Assembly: GCA_964016885.1 (NCBI GenBank)
Contig: OZ024760.1
Location: 25,110,001 to 25,174,000 of the forward strand
DNA: 64,000 nucleotides
Direction: 5' to 3'
From: Eledone cirrhosa
Taxonomy: Eukaryota
Below are positions 13,320-25,818 of the stretch, piece by piece. Below the pieces are notes generated by a model. It had not been told where the DNA came from and ran no database searches. It saw only the letters and a list, made by a program, of their open reading frames with translations. How positions within the stretch are numbered: the first letter of the stretch is position 1; every line of letters starts with the position of its first letter. Position numbers and translations under genes: made by a program.

Positions 13320-13869
13320 AATACAGCAGTAACAACAACAACAGCAAAAACGACAGCAACAACAAAAAAAACACCACCAGCAACAACAATAACAACAAAT
13401 ACGACAACAACAACATCACCACCGCCAACAGAAACAACAAATACAACAGTAACAACAACACAAACAACAAAGAAATTAATAGAAAAAATTGATAAAAATC
13501 AAAGAGGAAGCTAAACAATAGGAAGTTAAACAATTGGACATAAAACAATAAGATATAAAACAATAAAAGGTAAAACAATAAGAGGTAAAACAATAGCGGC
13601 AACCCTGTCCATTGTAATTATCTGCCTAGATTGGATGCGGAAGAACTGAGGTCAATATAAAATGGCGGCCAAACTAGTCCCCAAGCTCTCATCAAGGAGG
13701 TAAAAATATAATGGCTGTGCTACAACGCCACCAACATTACCACCGCTATCAGCAACACTTGTACCAGTAGCAGCAGTAGCAGCAGTAGCAACAGTAGTAG
13801 CAGCAGCAGCAACAGCAGACGAACATCACCAACGCTAACACCACCAACACTACCACCACTACCACCGCC

Positions 13870-13928
<59 letters not shown>

Positions 13929-13952
13929 TATGTATATATGTATATATATATG

Positions 13953-13987
<35 letters not shown>

Positions 13988-13988
13988 G

Positions 13989-14048
<60 letters not shown>
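12960..14048. repeat. (AAC/CAG)n low-complexity tract followed by (TA)n
   Basis: Direct reading. Short unique stretch at about 13600-13730. Confidence 0.9.
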
Positions 14049-14099
14049 GAATAAGGAAAAGCGAAGTAGTTTCAGATGTTCAAGTCCTTTAATAATAAT

Positions 14100-14173
14100 G
14101 CTGTGATATATATTTCAATGGCGAGACTGGCCACACTGTTCTGTGTGCGAGTGTCGTGACATCATCAGACAGC
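14100..14173 (-). ncRNA. Type I hammerhead ribozyme (mirror copy)
   Basis: Reverse complement of 14377-14450 with a single substitution. Confidence 0.8.
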
Positions 14174-14376
14174 TTGTTACATAATAAGGTTATGTTTCCG
14201 AGGCAATCTGCGGTAGCTAATGGTCAACTTCCTTCGGACATGCGCTTGCGCATACCGGTGGGGGTGAATTGGTACTCACAGGGGAACGGGTGATAAACCC
14301 AAAAGCACGCATTTCATCCGTTCCCATGTCGATTCAATTTGGATTGCCTCGGAAACATAACCTTATTATGTAACAA

Positions 14377-14450
14377 GCTGTCTGATGATGTCACGACACT
14401 CGCACACAGAACAGTGTGGCCAGTGTCGCCATTGAAATATATATCACAGC
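14377..14450 (+). ncRNA. Type I hammerhead ribozyme
   Basis: GCTGT-CTGATGA-stem II (GACACT/AGTGTC, CACAC/GTGTG)-GAAA-TATAT-ATC^ACAGC; palindromic minimal stem III. Confidence 0.85.
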
Positions 14451-14572
14451 ATTATTATTAAAGGACTTGAACATCTGAAACTACTTCTCTTTTCTTATTC
14501 GATATTTACTCCGTCACTCCTATGTGGAAAAAGTACGTTGAGTGCTTGAATTGAATTGCATCAATGTTTACC

Positions 14573-14642
<70 letters not shown>

Positions 14643-14724
14643 TATATTATTCATAATGTTAACAAATGAAAGATATTCACATAATCAAAATATATACTTT
14701 TTTATATATATTTGAAAGGTACTG

Positions 14725-14783
<59 letters not shown>

Positions 14784-14932
14784 TATATATTTATATATAT
14801 AATATATATATTTATATATATATATTGTGGAGACATATATATACGTACATATATATATATATATAGATACATATATATATACATACATATATATATATGC
14901 ATACATATATATATACATACATATATATATAT

Positions 14933-14991
<59 letters not shown>

Positions 14992-14995
14992 CATA

Positions 14996-16040
14996 CTGAA
15001 GCAACACCTTCAACAGAGGAAAAAGTTTGGCAACCATCTTGCCCAGATTTATGAGCATGAACAAACAAATATCATTAGAATAGCGACTGATCTGGAGGAG
15101 AGATGGAATAAAGCCTGATATAAATCTCTCACCCAGAGAAATCGGAAGATCCTATTCAATGTTCAAACAAGATTAAAAAATTGACCAATTTACAGAAAAA
15201 GTTGTTCATGGATACTGAGACGTAAAACAGACCATAGAGGGAATAAACCACTCAAAAGCCTGGCATGGAGTTCCGACAAGTTTATGACATCACACCTTGA
15301 GGGATATCTCTATGCAATACAGGAACAAGAACTCCCTACCAAATATCTGCTGCACAAAAGAGGAGGGCCAGCAGATGACAATAAATGTAGGCTATGTAAA
15401 ACAAAGATCGAGGATGTAAGCCACATTGTTGCCAGCTGCGAAAGAATGTCATCTCGTTACTACCTCCCCATGAGACACGATGGGATAGCTAGAACCATCT
15501 GGAACGCACTTCGGAAAACAAAATTAACAACAAACGAGGAAGAATATATTGAGACAGATGGCACTAAGGAATACTGGTGGAACCTGAAAATAAAAACTGC
15601 CACCAAATTAAAGCACAACCGGCCTGATATTGTAGTTTGGGACCACACATTGAAAACGTGTTCTGTTGTGGAGTTCAGCTGCCCAATTGATGTAAACGTT
15701 GTCAGAAAAATACAGGAGAAGGAGGACATCTACGGACATTTGATGAGGAGTTTACAAATCCAGTATCCAAGAAACACCTTTAGCTTCATACCCATCATTA
15801 TTGGAGCTACGGGTTATATACCAACCCGCTTGGACCAAAGTATGACTGAACGTGGATTTGCGGACAAAAAGCGCTGCTCCCTAATTCATAGTCTACAAAT
15901 GGCTGCGATAGCGGGCACCTTCAAAATTTGCAAAAGATTCTTGCGATTCGAGGGATGACAATTTCTTTTCTTTTACAACCTTTCCACCAAGAAGGTGGCC
16001 GGTCCCAAAAATATACTCGAAATTAAGAGAAAGAGATAAC
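14996..16040 (+). mobile_element. R4/Dong-like non-LTR retrotransposon 3' fragment (CCHC finger plus restriction-like endonuclease)
   Basis: ORF 15284-15958: CRLC..EDVSHIVASC, RHD, HNRPDIVVWD..VEFSCP..EK..Y (PD-(D/E)xK type RLE). Confidence 0.85.
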
Positions 16041-16074
16041 ATATATATATACATACATACATACATACATATAT

Positions 16075-17452
16075 ATTCTGATCGCAGATTTGGTACGAGT
16101 GATGAAGAATGTGTTCCGCATGTGCGACCCAACAGAAATGGAAAGACGCATCCAACACTTCATCAACCGCATGCAGTTCTCTGGCTACAACCAAAGAGAC
16201 AGAGTCAGAGTATACGAAGGAGCCATGGAGAAGTATAAGACCCTCATAGAACTGGACATGAAAGGAATTTGCCCATTATACAGGAGCAAATCATCGAATA
16301 GCTTAGATAGGGCTAGACATAAGATAGGGAAAGCCACCTGATGGTACGACAACCAAAGATACCAGAGTGACATGTTTGTGGACGCTACCCCTGGAGGGAA
16401 ATTAGCTAACCAGTGTAGAAAGGCCCTGAGAAAGACCCACTTAAAGATTAAGGTGGTAGAAAAGCCAGGAAACACCATAAAATTCCTGATCAGCAAAACC
16501 TACCCTTTTAAGAAACCCACTGTACTAATAGGAAATATATCATATGTAAGGTAAACCCCCGGATAAACTGTAAAACTAGAAACGTAGTTTATAGCATAAG
16601 ATGTACAGAGGTTTCTTGCAGAAACATGACTACAACATACATAGGCGAGACAGCTCGTAGCATAGTTGAAAGGATAGACCAACACTGGGCGAACTAAAAG
16701 GACGAAAAAACGGTTCAGTACTATACGAACATGCCAGACAACAACACGACGTTAACATAGACAACATAGAAATTAGAATAATATCTAAACATAGAAATGA
16801 CCCAGCAGATAGGCAAATCAGAGAGGCCAGTGAAATAGAACTTAGAAGGCCAAGACTAAACAGAAAGAATGAATGGAATAACAACAACACCCAAACAAAC
16901 AACACTGACCTAAGAAAAGTATAAATAAATAAATAAATAAATAGATGAATAAATAAATAAATACATACACAAGCACAATAACAACAAACACATATAAACA
17001 CACACTAGTAAAGATAGAATACATTAACCGATACACAGTCACCCAATCACGAACACACATCAAACAAAACACTATACACACACGCAAACGCATGCGCAAA
17101 GAAGAGAAAATAAAATAAACAAACAAACAAATAAATAAATAAATATATAAACAGACTAAATAAAGATGTCGTAAACATACAATGTTACGGGAGGAAACAA
17201 TAGCATCACTGACGATGTTGCAGATGTGCAACGAAAGAACTTTGATAAACTATATATATGTGTTTGTGTCTATATTGTATTTGTATTATTTTTGACCGTT
17301 GGTCAGTCAATGGCAACATTGAGGACCGAATAAATTAGATTACCGATATAAAAGACACAGAAGCGAAAAGCGAAAACCAACCAAACAGTGAGTGTGTTCT
17401 GTTAGTAATTCTGGCAATATTACACAAATATGACCCTCCCCAAGTATAACAA
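16075..17452 (+). mobile_element. Decayed Penelope-like element of a second family (RT thumb, linker, GIY-YIG, pLTR)
   Basis: RMQFSGY, MFVDATPGG..IKVVEKPG, YIGETARS..ERIDQHW..SVLYEHARQQH, with stops and frameshifts. Ends TGACCCTCCCCAAGTATAAC before TA-rich repeat. Confidence 0.8.
17205..17246 (+). ncRNA. Minimal hammerhead-like motif in the PLE pLTR
   Basis: ATCA-CTGACGA-T-GTTGCA(GATG)TGCAAC-GAAA-GAA-CTT^TGAT. Confidence 0.65.
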
Positions 17453-17759
17453 TACATATATATATACATACACACACACCCATATATATATATACATATA
17501 TATATATATATGTATGTATGTATGTATGTATGCGTGTGTGTGTGTGTATGTATATATGACTGTGTGTGTGTGTGTGTGTATACACATATATATAAATGGA
17601 AGAATGAAATGTTCTGCAATCCATTAGTTGAAGTGGATTTACATAAATTACATTCATAAACTAAGTTGAATATGTAGGAATAGGTTTTATTTCTTTGGTA
17701 CAACTAGGAATTACCATTGTTAGAATTTTTATTTTAACACCACCCTCGTTGATACACAA

Positions 17760-18252
<493 letters not shown>

Positions 18253-18535
18253 TTGGTAAAAGGAAAAGAAAATGCTAACAAATTGTTCCCAGTGAAAAAT
18301 AGTTTAATTAGGAAGAAGTAAAAATTAGTAATAAGTATTGGTTAGTATTCAGTTTTAGTTTTAAGTTTTAAACGGTAAAAACTTAAAACTAAAACTGAAT
18401 ACTAACCAATTCTTATTACTAATTTTTACTTATTCCTAATTAAACTATTTTTCACTGGGAACAATTTGTCAGCATTTTCTTTTCCTTTTACCAATATATC
18501 AGAACCCGTGTTTTACACCTCTATTCTGTTAAATA
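18253..18535. mobile_element. Fold-back element in (TA)n (arms about 18253-18370 and 18377-18494)
   Basis: Near-perfect palindrome with a centre of about 6 bp. The right arm has a tail of about 35 bp. Confidence 0.8.
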
Positions 18536-18559
18536 TATATATATATATATATATATATA

Positions 18560-18956
18560 AGCAAAGAGTTATGTAATGTTTTGGTTATTCAACAATTTTA
18601 TTTATAACATATTCGAAGCACTCTGCATGTTTCTTCTGGAGTATAAAATCAATACTATTAATAAATGGGAACTATCTTTATAAAACCATATTTATTTTAT
18701 TATATATATTTCAAGGGTACCAACTTTTGGCAAGCGCTCATCAGATAAAATGCAAAAGTTGTTTTACAGATAGTGACATATCCAAAAGCAAGAACTTAAA
18801 ACGATATATTCTTGATTTGGGATATGTCACTATCTGTAAAACAACTTTTGTATGTTATCTGATGAGAGCGTGCCAAAATGTTGGTATCCTTGAAATATAT
18901 ATATTAAAATAAATATGGTTTTATAAAGATATTTTCCATTTATTAATATTATTGAA
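18560..18956. mobile_element. Hammerhead-bearing PLE pLTR fold-back in (TA)n
   Basis: Arms about 18650-18793 and 18810-18955. The left (minus) copy has the longer 3' tail. Confidence 0.8.
18694..18751 (-). ncRNA. Type I hammerhead ribozyme (degenerate mirror at 18853-18911, + strand)
   Basis: ATTTTAT-CTGATGA-..TGCCAA/TTGGTA..-GAAA-TATAT-ATA^ATAAAAT. Confidence 0.7.
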
Positions 18957-18990
<34 letters not shown>

Positions 18991-19139
18991 ATATATATAC
19001 ATATACATTTACATATATATGTATATATATATATTTATATATATATATATACATACATATACATACATTTATTTTCATCATTTAAATTTATAATACAAAT
19101 ATAGTTATCTATTTGTGTACCATAACTTATATATATATA

Positions 19140-20020
19140 TAATTGAATATACAATAGAGATGAACATAAATTTAAACATACATGTCTTCGAATCGTAAGG
19201 ACCAAATATGCTAGGGTGAAAAAATACTAACTACAGCAATATAGTTTGTTATCGTTAAGTTTAAATATTAAATTAAGAAAAGAAAACAGACCTATATTGG
19301 GCAAAAATGCCTGGTAAGAACTAGACAGTTTTGGAGACTGTTTCGCAACGACTTATTAAGCGAAGTTCACACGTTTCTCTGCTCCTCAGTAGTTGTTGAG
19401 AAATTAGTGATCGTTTCACTTCTAAGAATATTAGAAAATGAATTGTGAACGATATGAATTATCGCACGTGTCATTTGGAACCCAGCTAGTCTCGAAAACC
19501 CTGCCGCTAAAAATAGCAGCCTGGCTGACAGGACAATCAAAATTAGCTCTACATGATGGAGCAAATAAATATATATTGAGTTAAAAACTTAGGGTAGTCT
19601 CTTACAATTAAATAGCTCTAACAAAAAAGCTTTTCCGAGCCGTACAATATAATTGAATAAACAAGAGAGATGAACATAAATATAAACATACATGTGTTCG
19701 AAACATGCTTGTGATCTTCACTTAATAAGTCGTTGCGGAACAGTCTCCAACACTGTCTAGTTGTTACCAGGCATTTTTGCCCAATATAGGTCTGTTTTTT
19801 TTTTCTTAATTTAATATTTAAAGTTAAGGATAACAAACTATATTGCTGTAGTTAGTATTTTTTCACCCTAGCAAATTTTACTCCTTACAATTCAAACACA
19901 TGTATGTTTATATTAGTGTTCATCTCTCTTGTTTATTCAAATATATTGTACGGCTCGGAAAAGCTTTTTTCTTAGAGCTATTTAATTGTAAGAGACTACC
20001 CTGAGTTTTTAACTCAATAT
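19140..20020. mobile_element. Compound inverted-repeat element in (TA)n (three partial copies)
   Basis: 19716-20020 is reverse-complementary to both 19140-19365 and 19570-19705. Confidence 0.75.
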
Positions 20021-20191
20021 ATATATATATATATATTATCTATCATAACATATATAAATATATAGCTAAAGAGATCACTAAATCTCTAATTTAACATGTG
20101 TGCCTGACATTGACGTTTTGAAGTGTATCAACATTGGCGTAAAATTTTATGAAATAATTTTTTATATAATTATATTATTTGCTATACATAT

Positions 20192-20228
<37 letters not shown>

Positions 20229-20318
20229 TGGTCTAATTGATTTTTGATATGGTTAATTATGTTAATTGGGAGAGGAAACGGTATATATTTTATCTGGTGA
20301 TTCTATAGACATGTTTTA

Positions 20319-20425
<107 letters not shown>

Positions 20426-20534
20426 TATAGAGAGAGATAACTAATAAATAAATAAATAAATAAATAATAAATATATATATATATTTATTATTTATTTATT
20501 TATTTATTATTGATCTCTATTATTTATTTTATGG

Positions 20535-21160
20535 GCAGCGGATTTGCAGCATCGGTTGGGCGTCGGGCACCATGCTTTGCAGAATAGAGTTACGGCCCTT
20601 TTTGATCTGAGTTCATATGCCGTCCAGGTTTAACTTTGCCTTTCATCCTTACGGGGTCGATAAAATAAAGTACCAGTAATGTACTGGTATAATTGCTGGC
20701 CTTATGCCAAAAGTAGAAATAATTATTTCTTTGTGCGTAGGGTGGTGGATTGAGAGAATCGGTAGATCGTTAGACATTATACTTTGCAGCATAGAGTTAT
20801 GCCGCTTTACGTTCTGAGTTCATATCCCGCCCAGGTTAGCTTTGACTGTTATCCTTGCAGGTCTTTCAAATAAATACCAGTAACTCATGGGGGGGGGGGG
20901 ATTTCATTGAAGTTCCCTCTCCCCTCCAAAAGTTTACTGACATCGTACTTAAATGAGAAACCATTATTTACAGTGGATTGGCAGTATCGGTAGAGGGTCG
21001 GACGCCATGCTTTGACGCATAGAGTGACGGCCCTTGCCATTCTGAGTTCAAATCCCATCGAGGTTAACTTTGCCTTTCATCCTTACGGGGTCGATAAAAT
21101 AAAGTACCAGTAATACACTGGTGAATTGCTGGCCTTGTGCCAAAAGTAGAAACAATTATT
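20535..21160 (+). mobile_element. Three tandem tRNA-derived SINEs (about 20535-20725, 20741-20965, 20972-21160)
   Basis: A/B boxes, central domain and a GGCCTT(G/A)TGCCAAAAGTAGAAA end (degenerate in the middle copy). Confidence 0.9.
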
Positions 21161-21311
21161 TACGTGCGGATGTGTGTGTTTGCTTCTGTTGTCTGTGTAT
21201 CTGTTTATGTACTGACGTCAATATATGTGTATGTATGTAACTTACTAAGGCGTAACTTACGTTACGAACATACAATAAACCAGCAGAATTAGCATATCAT
21301 TATATAGGAGT

Positions 21312-21390
21312 GGATAACATAAAGTACCAGTGATAAAATAAAGTACCAGTGATAAAATAAAATACCATTGATAAAATAAAGTAACAGTGG
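21312..21390 (+). repeat. 19-bp tandem repeat (GATAAAATAAAGTACCAGT) x4 derived from the SINE central domain
   Basis: The unit is identical to SINE positions such as 21094-21112. Confidence 0.85.
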
Positions 21391-21602
21391 GGTCTGCTTA
21401 ACCCACAGATATTAAAATATTTAAGTAGGGTCCTATTATCCTGAAAATTGCCAAAAATTAATGCCGTCTGTGATGTGGAAAGGATAGACTAGTATACATG
21501 GACGACTGTTGGTCTACCCCAGACAAACCTTGCGCCCAGTCCTGTCCCTCGGATGGAAACTGGCTGGGTGTTAAACCATACTCATTAGTAACCGATGGTC
21601 GC

Positions 21603-21675
<73 letters not shown>

Positions 21676-21720
21676 ATGGAATACTGTTAGCTTCTCGCTA
21701 CAACAATTTCTATACCTTTC

Positions 21721-21754
<34 letters not shown>

Positions 21755-21759
<5 letters not shown>

Positions 21760-22206
21760 TTAGTTAAGCAAAACAATCCCACAAATTTCACAAGGAAGAC
21801 ATTATTAAAAGACTGTCAACATATTTTAGTTTGATGTAAGGAATGTAGAGAATAATAATAATAATAATATTAATAATAATAATGACCGTTTACAATTGTT
21901 TACATTATTATTATTAATATTATTATTATTTTTCTCTACATTCCTTACATCAAACTAAAATATGTTGACAATCTTTTAATAATGTCTTCCTTGTGAAATT
22001 TGTGGTCTTGCTTTGCTTAACTAATGAATATTTCCAGCTCTGCGCGTCTAACTTCTGCATGAACCCGGCCACCTAACTGCTTTCTACTGCATATTGCACA
22101 TTGAGCACATGCCTTTACGCTTTGGCTTCTAACTAATTCACCAATCTCTCCTCTCCTATCTCCTCTCCTATCTCCATCTCTCTCTTTAAGATTGGTTACT
22201 CGCGAA

Positions 22207-22212
<6 letters not shown>
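21755..22212. mobile_element. Fold-back element in (TA)n (arms about 21755-21885 and 21903-22030) with a 3' extension
   Basis: ATTCATTAGTTAAGCAA..ATAATG mirrored by CATTAT..TTGCTTAACTAATGAAT. Confidence 0.8.
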
Positions 22213-22288
<76 letters not shown>

Positions 22289-22331
22289 TCTCAGCTGTCT
22301 TCTAGTCCAGCAGTTGCAAGCGGTGGGAGAG

Positions 22332-22375
22332 ACCGTCCTAAAGAAGGCCAGTTAAGCCTGAAATGCATAGACGGT
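22332..22375 (+). ncRNA. Minimal hammerhead ribozyme with a core mutation (CUAAAGA)
   Basis: ACCGTC-CTAAAGA-AGGC(CAGTTAA)GCCT-GAAA-TGC-ATA^GACGGT. Confidence 0.7.
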
Positions 22376-22526
22376 TGTCCCCCTTGCTTGTGTTGGACAT
22401 CACCAGAGGGCGTTAGCCCCCCGTTGTTTGCATAGCTAAGGCTTCTTAAAACTGTATTTCTTTGGAGATACGAAATATTTATACATATTGTATAAAGCTA
22501 TGCTTGAAGCGAAATCCAATTAGAAG

Positions 22527-22712
22527 CTACATTCTTAGCGAGTATAAATGACAAGTAAGTATGTTTTGAAACAGTGAGTAGGTTTGAAATTAGAAAATAG
22601 AATAGCTTTCAAAAAATATGGTGTAAGTTATTCTATTTTCTAATTTCAAACCTGCTCACTGTTTCAAAATATACTTGTCATTTATACTCGCTATGAATGT
22701 AGCTCTAATTTG
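22527..22712. repeat. Inverted repeat (about 22527-22605 vs 22631-22712); partial third copy at 22886-22935
   Basis: GAAACAGTGAGTAGGTTTGAAATTAGAAAATAGAATA vs TATTCTATTTTCTAATTTCAAACCTGCTCACTGTTTC. Confidence 0.8.
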
Positions 22713-22729
22713 AATGGAAAAAGATTGGT

Positions 22730-22800
22730 GATCTGTTGGTGTAATGGTAGCACAGTGGTCTGGATAACCAAAGATGTGGGTTCGACTCCCATATACATCA
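22730..22800 (+). tRNA. tRNA-like cloverleaf (pseudo-tRNA, apparent GGA anticodon, short variable loop)
   Basis: Acceptor GATCTGT/ATACATC (one mismatch, one G-U), D arm GTG..CAC with TAATGGTAG, anticodon arm TGGT-CTGGATA-ACCA, T arm GTGGG-TTCGACT-CCCAT. Confidence 0.55.
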
Positions 22801-22959
22801 ATACTCATCTTTTTCCATTTATCTGAGGGTTCTAAACCCCATTATAAGACTGAAATTTCTTTAGTAAAAAAAAATACGGAGAAAGCTATTCTATTTTCTA
22901 ATTTCAACACAGCTCACTGTTTCAAAACATACTTACATATAAATATATATATATATATA

Positions 22960-23450
22960 GGAGGTGAGTTTTATTGTATCACAATAAAGCAATGCAGTTT
23001 ATAGGTCTGGAGTATAAATAATATAAGATCAAAAGATCGTTAAAAGAGATCAAGTATTTTATTATCTTCCAACGGTTTTTTAATTTCTCTCTGTGAGACA
23101 ATGTTTTCTCAGTTGTAAAGGCTATTTCTCTCTCTTTATCACTCATCTCTCCTCCTCTCTCTTCCTTCCTTCTTATACTCCTCCCCCATCATCCTTTATT
23201 TTCTTTCTTTCTCTTCCTTACATTTTCCTACCCTCCCCTCCTTTTTTCCCAATCTCATATATCCATCTTACTTTATTTTTCATGTGTTGATTTAAAACTT
23301 CACTGCTCACAAGTGTTTTTTAAGCTTCATATCATGTCTCCCTATTTTATCTGATGAGAACGCAAATATCATCCCATGATGATATTTGTTTTTGAAATGT
23401 GCATAATAAAATACTTGGAACTCTTTTAACCATCCTTTGATCTTATATTA
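22960..23450. mobile_element. PLE pLTR with a short inverted 3' copy in (TA)n
   Basis: 23019-23065 is reverse-complementary to 23403-23450. Pyrimidine tract then a hammerhead. Shares CTGGAGTATAAA with 18560-18956. Confidence 0.75.
23344..23412 (+). ncRNA. Type I hammerhead ribozyme
   Basis: ATTTTAT-CTGATGA-CAAATATCATC(CCAT)GATGATATTTG-GAAA-TGTGC-ATA^ATAAAAT. Confidence 0.85.
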
Positions 23451-23779
23451 TATATATATATATACAAATCATTCACCATAACTTATAAAACAACACACAT
23501 CTCTAAGTCTGTAATGTTGTTTAACAGGTGTGCATGACATTCACGTTGTAAAGTAATTTAGGAGAGGCGTTATATTTAATTATTAAACTAGGGAAAGGAA
23601 GTAATAAAAAGCTATTTAGTTTGAACGATTGGGCGGGGGCTTCGATGGAACGTGTAGATTGGCATGTGTGTTGTGTGTTGAGGTGTAGGTAGGTGGTTAG
23701 GATATATGAGGTCCTGCATTTACGTTAGAATAGTTTATTGTTTTCAGATCCAGTTTGCAAGATGGAAGTAATTCACCAC

Positions 23780-23972
23780 CCAACCATCACCACCATCACC
23801 AACCATCACCAATGTCTCATGTTGTTCAATTGCTCTTCTACGCATCAAAATATTTAATAGACCTTTCCCTTCCACCGTCCAACCATCACCACCATCACCA
23901 ATGTCTCTGAGTTGTTCAAGTGCTCTTCTACGCATCAAAATATTTAATAGACCTTTCCCTTCCACCGTCCAA
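23780..23972. repeat. Direct tandem duplication of about 90-100 bp
   Basis: TGCTCTTCTACGCATCAAAATATTTAATAGACCTTTCCCTTCCACCGTCCAA occurs twice. Confidence 0.9.
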
Positions 23973-23981
23973 CAAATAAAT

Positions 23982-24026
<45 letters not shown>

Positions 24027-24030
<4 letters not shown>

Positions 24031-24194
24031 ATAAATTAACGGAGCCATAGACTCTCGCTATTCCCTGTCAATAATGTGCTCAAAGGAGAAGAAATCCTGA
24101 GCTCTTTAAAATACAATATGTTGAAAAGGTTTTTCCCTGTTTTATTGATAGCACACCGTATCTCTCTCTAGTGTGTTACCTTTTCAATATATTG

Positions 24195-24200
<6 letters not shown>
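24027..24200. mobile_element. Short fold-back remnant in (TA)n
   Basis: AAAATACAATATGTTGAAAAGGT (about 24108-24130) vs ACCTTTTCAATATATTGTATTTT (24178-24200). Confidence 0.55.
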
Positions 24201-24251
<51 letters not shown>

Positions 24252-24634
24252 CACACACAGAGAGTGGAAGATAGATAGATAGATATTTTCTTTATCACCA
24301 TTAATTGCACTAGATGACCCAGGTCTCTTTTGCCTTTCCATTCTCGCAGATCGATAAAATAAATATCAGTTACGTAAGGAAAGTACTGAGATCTATATCA
24401 TGTGCTCTTCATGTCATTCCTCATAAAACATACCTGTTTGTACCGTACCTATTTTAAATTACATAAAACCTACCAAGAAGATTCTATAAAAAAAAAAAAA
24501 AAATACAATTAAATAATTCTAAATAAACTAATTTGAAAAGACATCAAACGATGCCTCCACTTGTTAACCCGGTCCAGCTTCATACACAGAAGATTTTACA
24601 TCGGAACATCTAACACAATATAATAATAATATTA

Positions 24635-25815
24635 TAGGAATGTCATAAATTCAGTGAATTCTCGAGCTGTGTCTATTATTAGGTACAGTGCGGGAATTCT
24701 GAAATGGAATGTTGCTGAACAATAAGAAATGAATAGGAAGACTAGAAAGCTATTGACTATCTACAACATGTTCCACAAGAAGAGTGGTGTCGATAGACTC
24801 TACTTAAAGAGATCTGAAGGTGGAAGAAGTCTTATCAGCATAGAGGACTATGTTCAGATGGAGGAAAAACAACCTGCACAAATATGTGACTGACAGTAGG
24901 GAGCCAATGCTCAAAATTGTACTGAACAATAGACCAGAGGATGTACAAGGAGGAAATAACAACAAGGACGAAGAGCAACCTTCATGAAAAATCCCTTCAT
25001 AGTACCTTCTTTAAGAAAACTGAATTTAGAGATCCACAGACATTGAACTAGTTAAAAAGAGGAGACCTTAAAAAAGCTACAGAAGGAACGCTAATGGCTG
25101 CGCAAGAGCAACCCCTCAGAACGAAGTGGGTGAAACGCCATATTGACAAGGAGGAGGCTAGCTCACTGTGTAGGAACTGTGGAGAGAGAGCGAAGAGACT
25201 GTGGCTCACATTGTATCCGAGTGTAAATACCTAGCCCAGACTCACTATAAAGATTGGAGACATGGTGCGATAGGCAGGGTGATCCACTGGCATCTATGCA
25301 TAGTAAACAATTTACCACATTCTGAGAAGTGGTATGAGCATAAGCCAGAGTCGGTGATAGAAAACGATCAGGTGAAGGTGCTATGGGATTTTAGGATACA
25401 GACGGACAAGAAATTAGAACACAATAGGCCTGACCTGGTGGTTTTGGACAAGATAAAACGATCGTGCCTGATTGTAGATGTAGCCTGCTCATTTGACACG
25501 AGAGTGCAAGAAAAGCTGAGGGAGAAATTTAACCGGACTTAAAGTGGGAGTTAAAAAGAATTTGGAACTATCATGAAATCAAGGTCGTCCCGATTGACAT
25601 AGGCGCACTAGGCACTATCTCAAATGTTTCCAAGGATGGTTAAAGAAGATTAGTGCAGCCCCGCTTTTTGGAACACTTCAAAAGCATGCTTGCTTGGAAC
25701 GGCAAAAACCCTCCGATACGTCCTGAATAACTGTGGCTGCAGTTAGCGGCTTGATATTCATTTCAACAAACTTTCCAGTTAAATAACAGCAATGACTGAG
25801 ACTCAAAGAACAATA
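24635..25815 (+). mobile_element. Decayed R4/Dong-like LINE 3' portion, preceded by (AAT)n; second short 3'-end copy at about 25969-26100
   Basis: RKTRKLLT..DRLYLKRSEGGRSL, CRNC..HIVSEC..RHG, KWYEHKP, LWDFRIQTD..HNRPDLVVLD..IVDVAC. Confidence 0.85.
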
Positions 25816-25818
25816 ATG

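Larger units (their letters stand above)
14049..14576. mobile_element. Non-coding PLE pLTR fold-back in (TA)n (arms 14049-14208 and 14342-14500)
   Basis: Inverted repeat of about 160 bp, each arm carrying a hammerhead. The right arm continues about 75 bp to CCCTAA+(TA)n. Confidence 0.85.
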
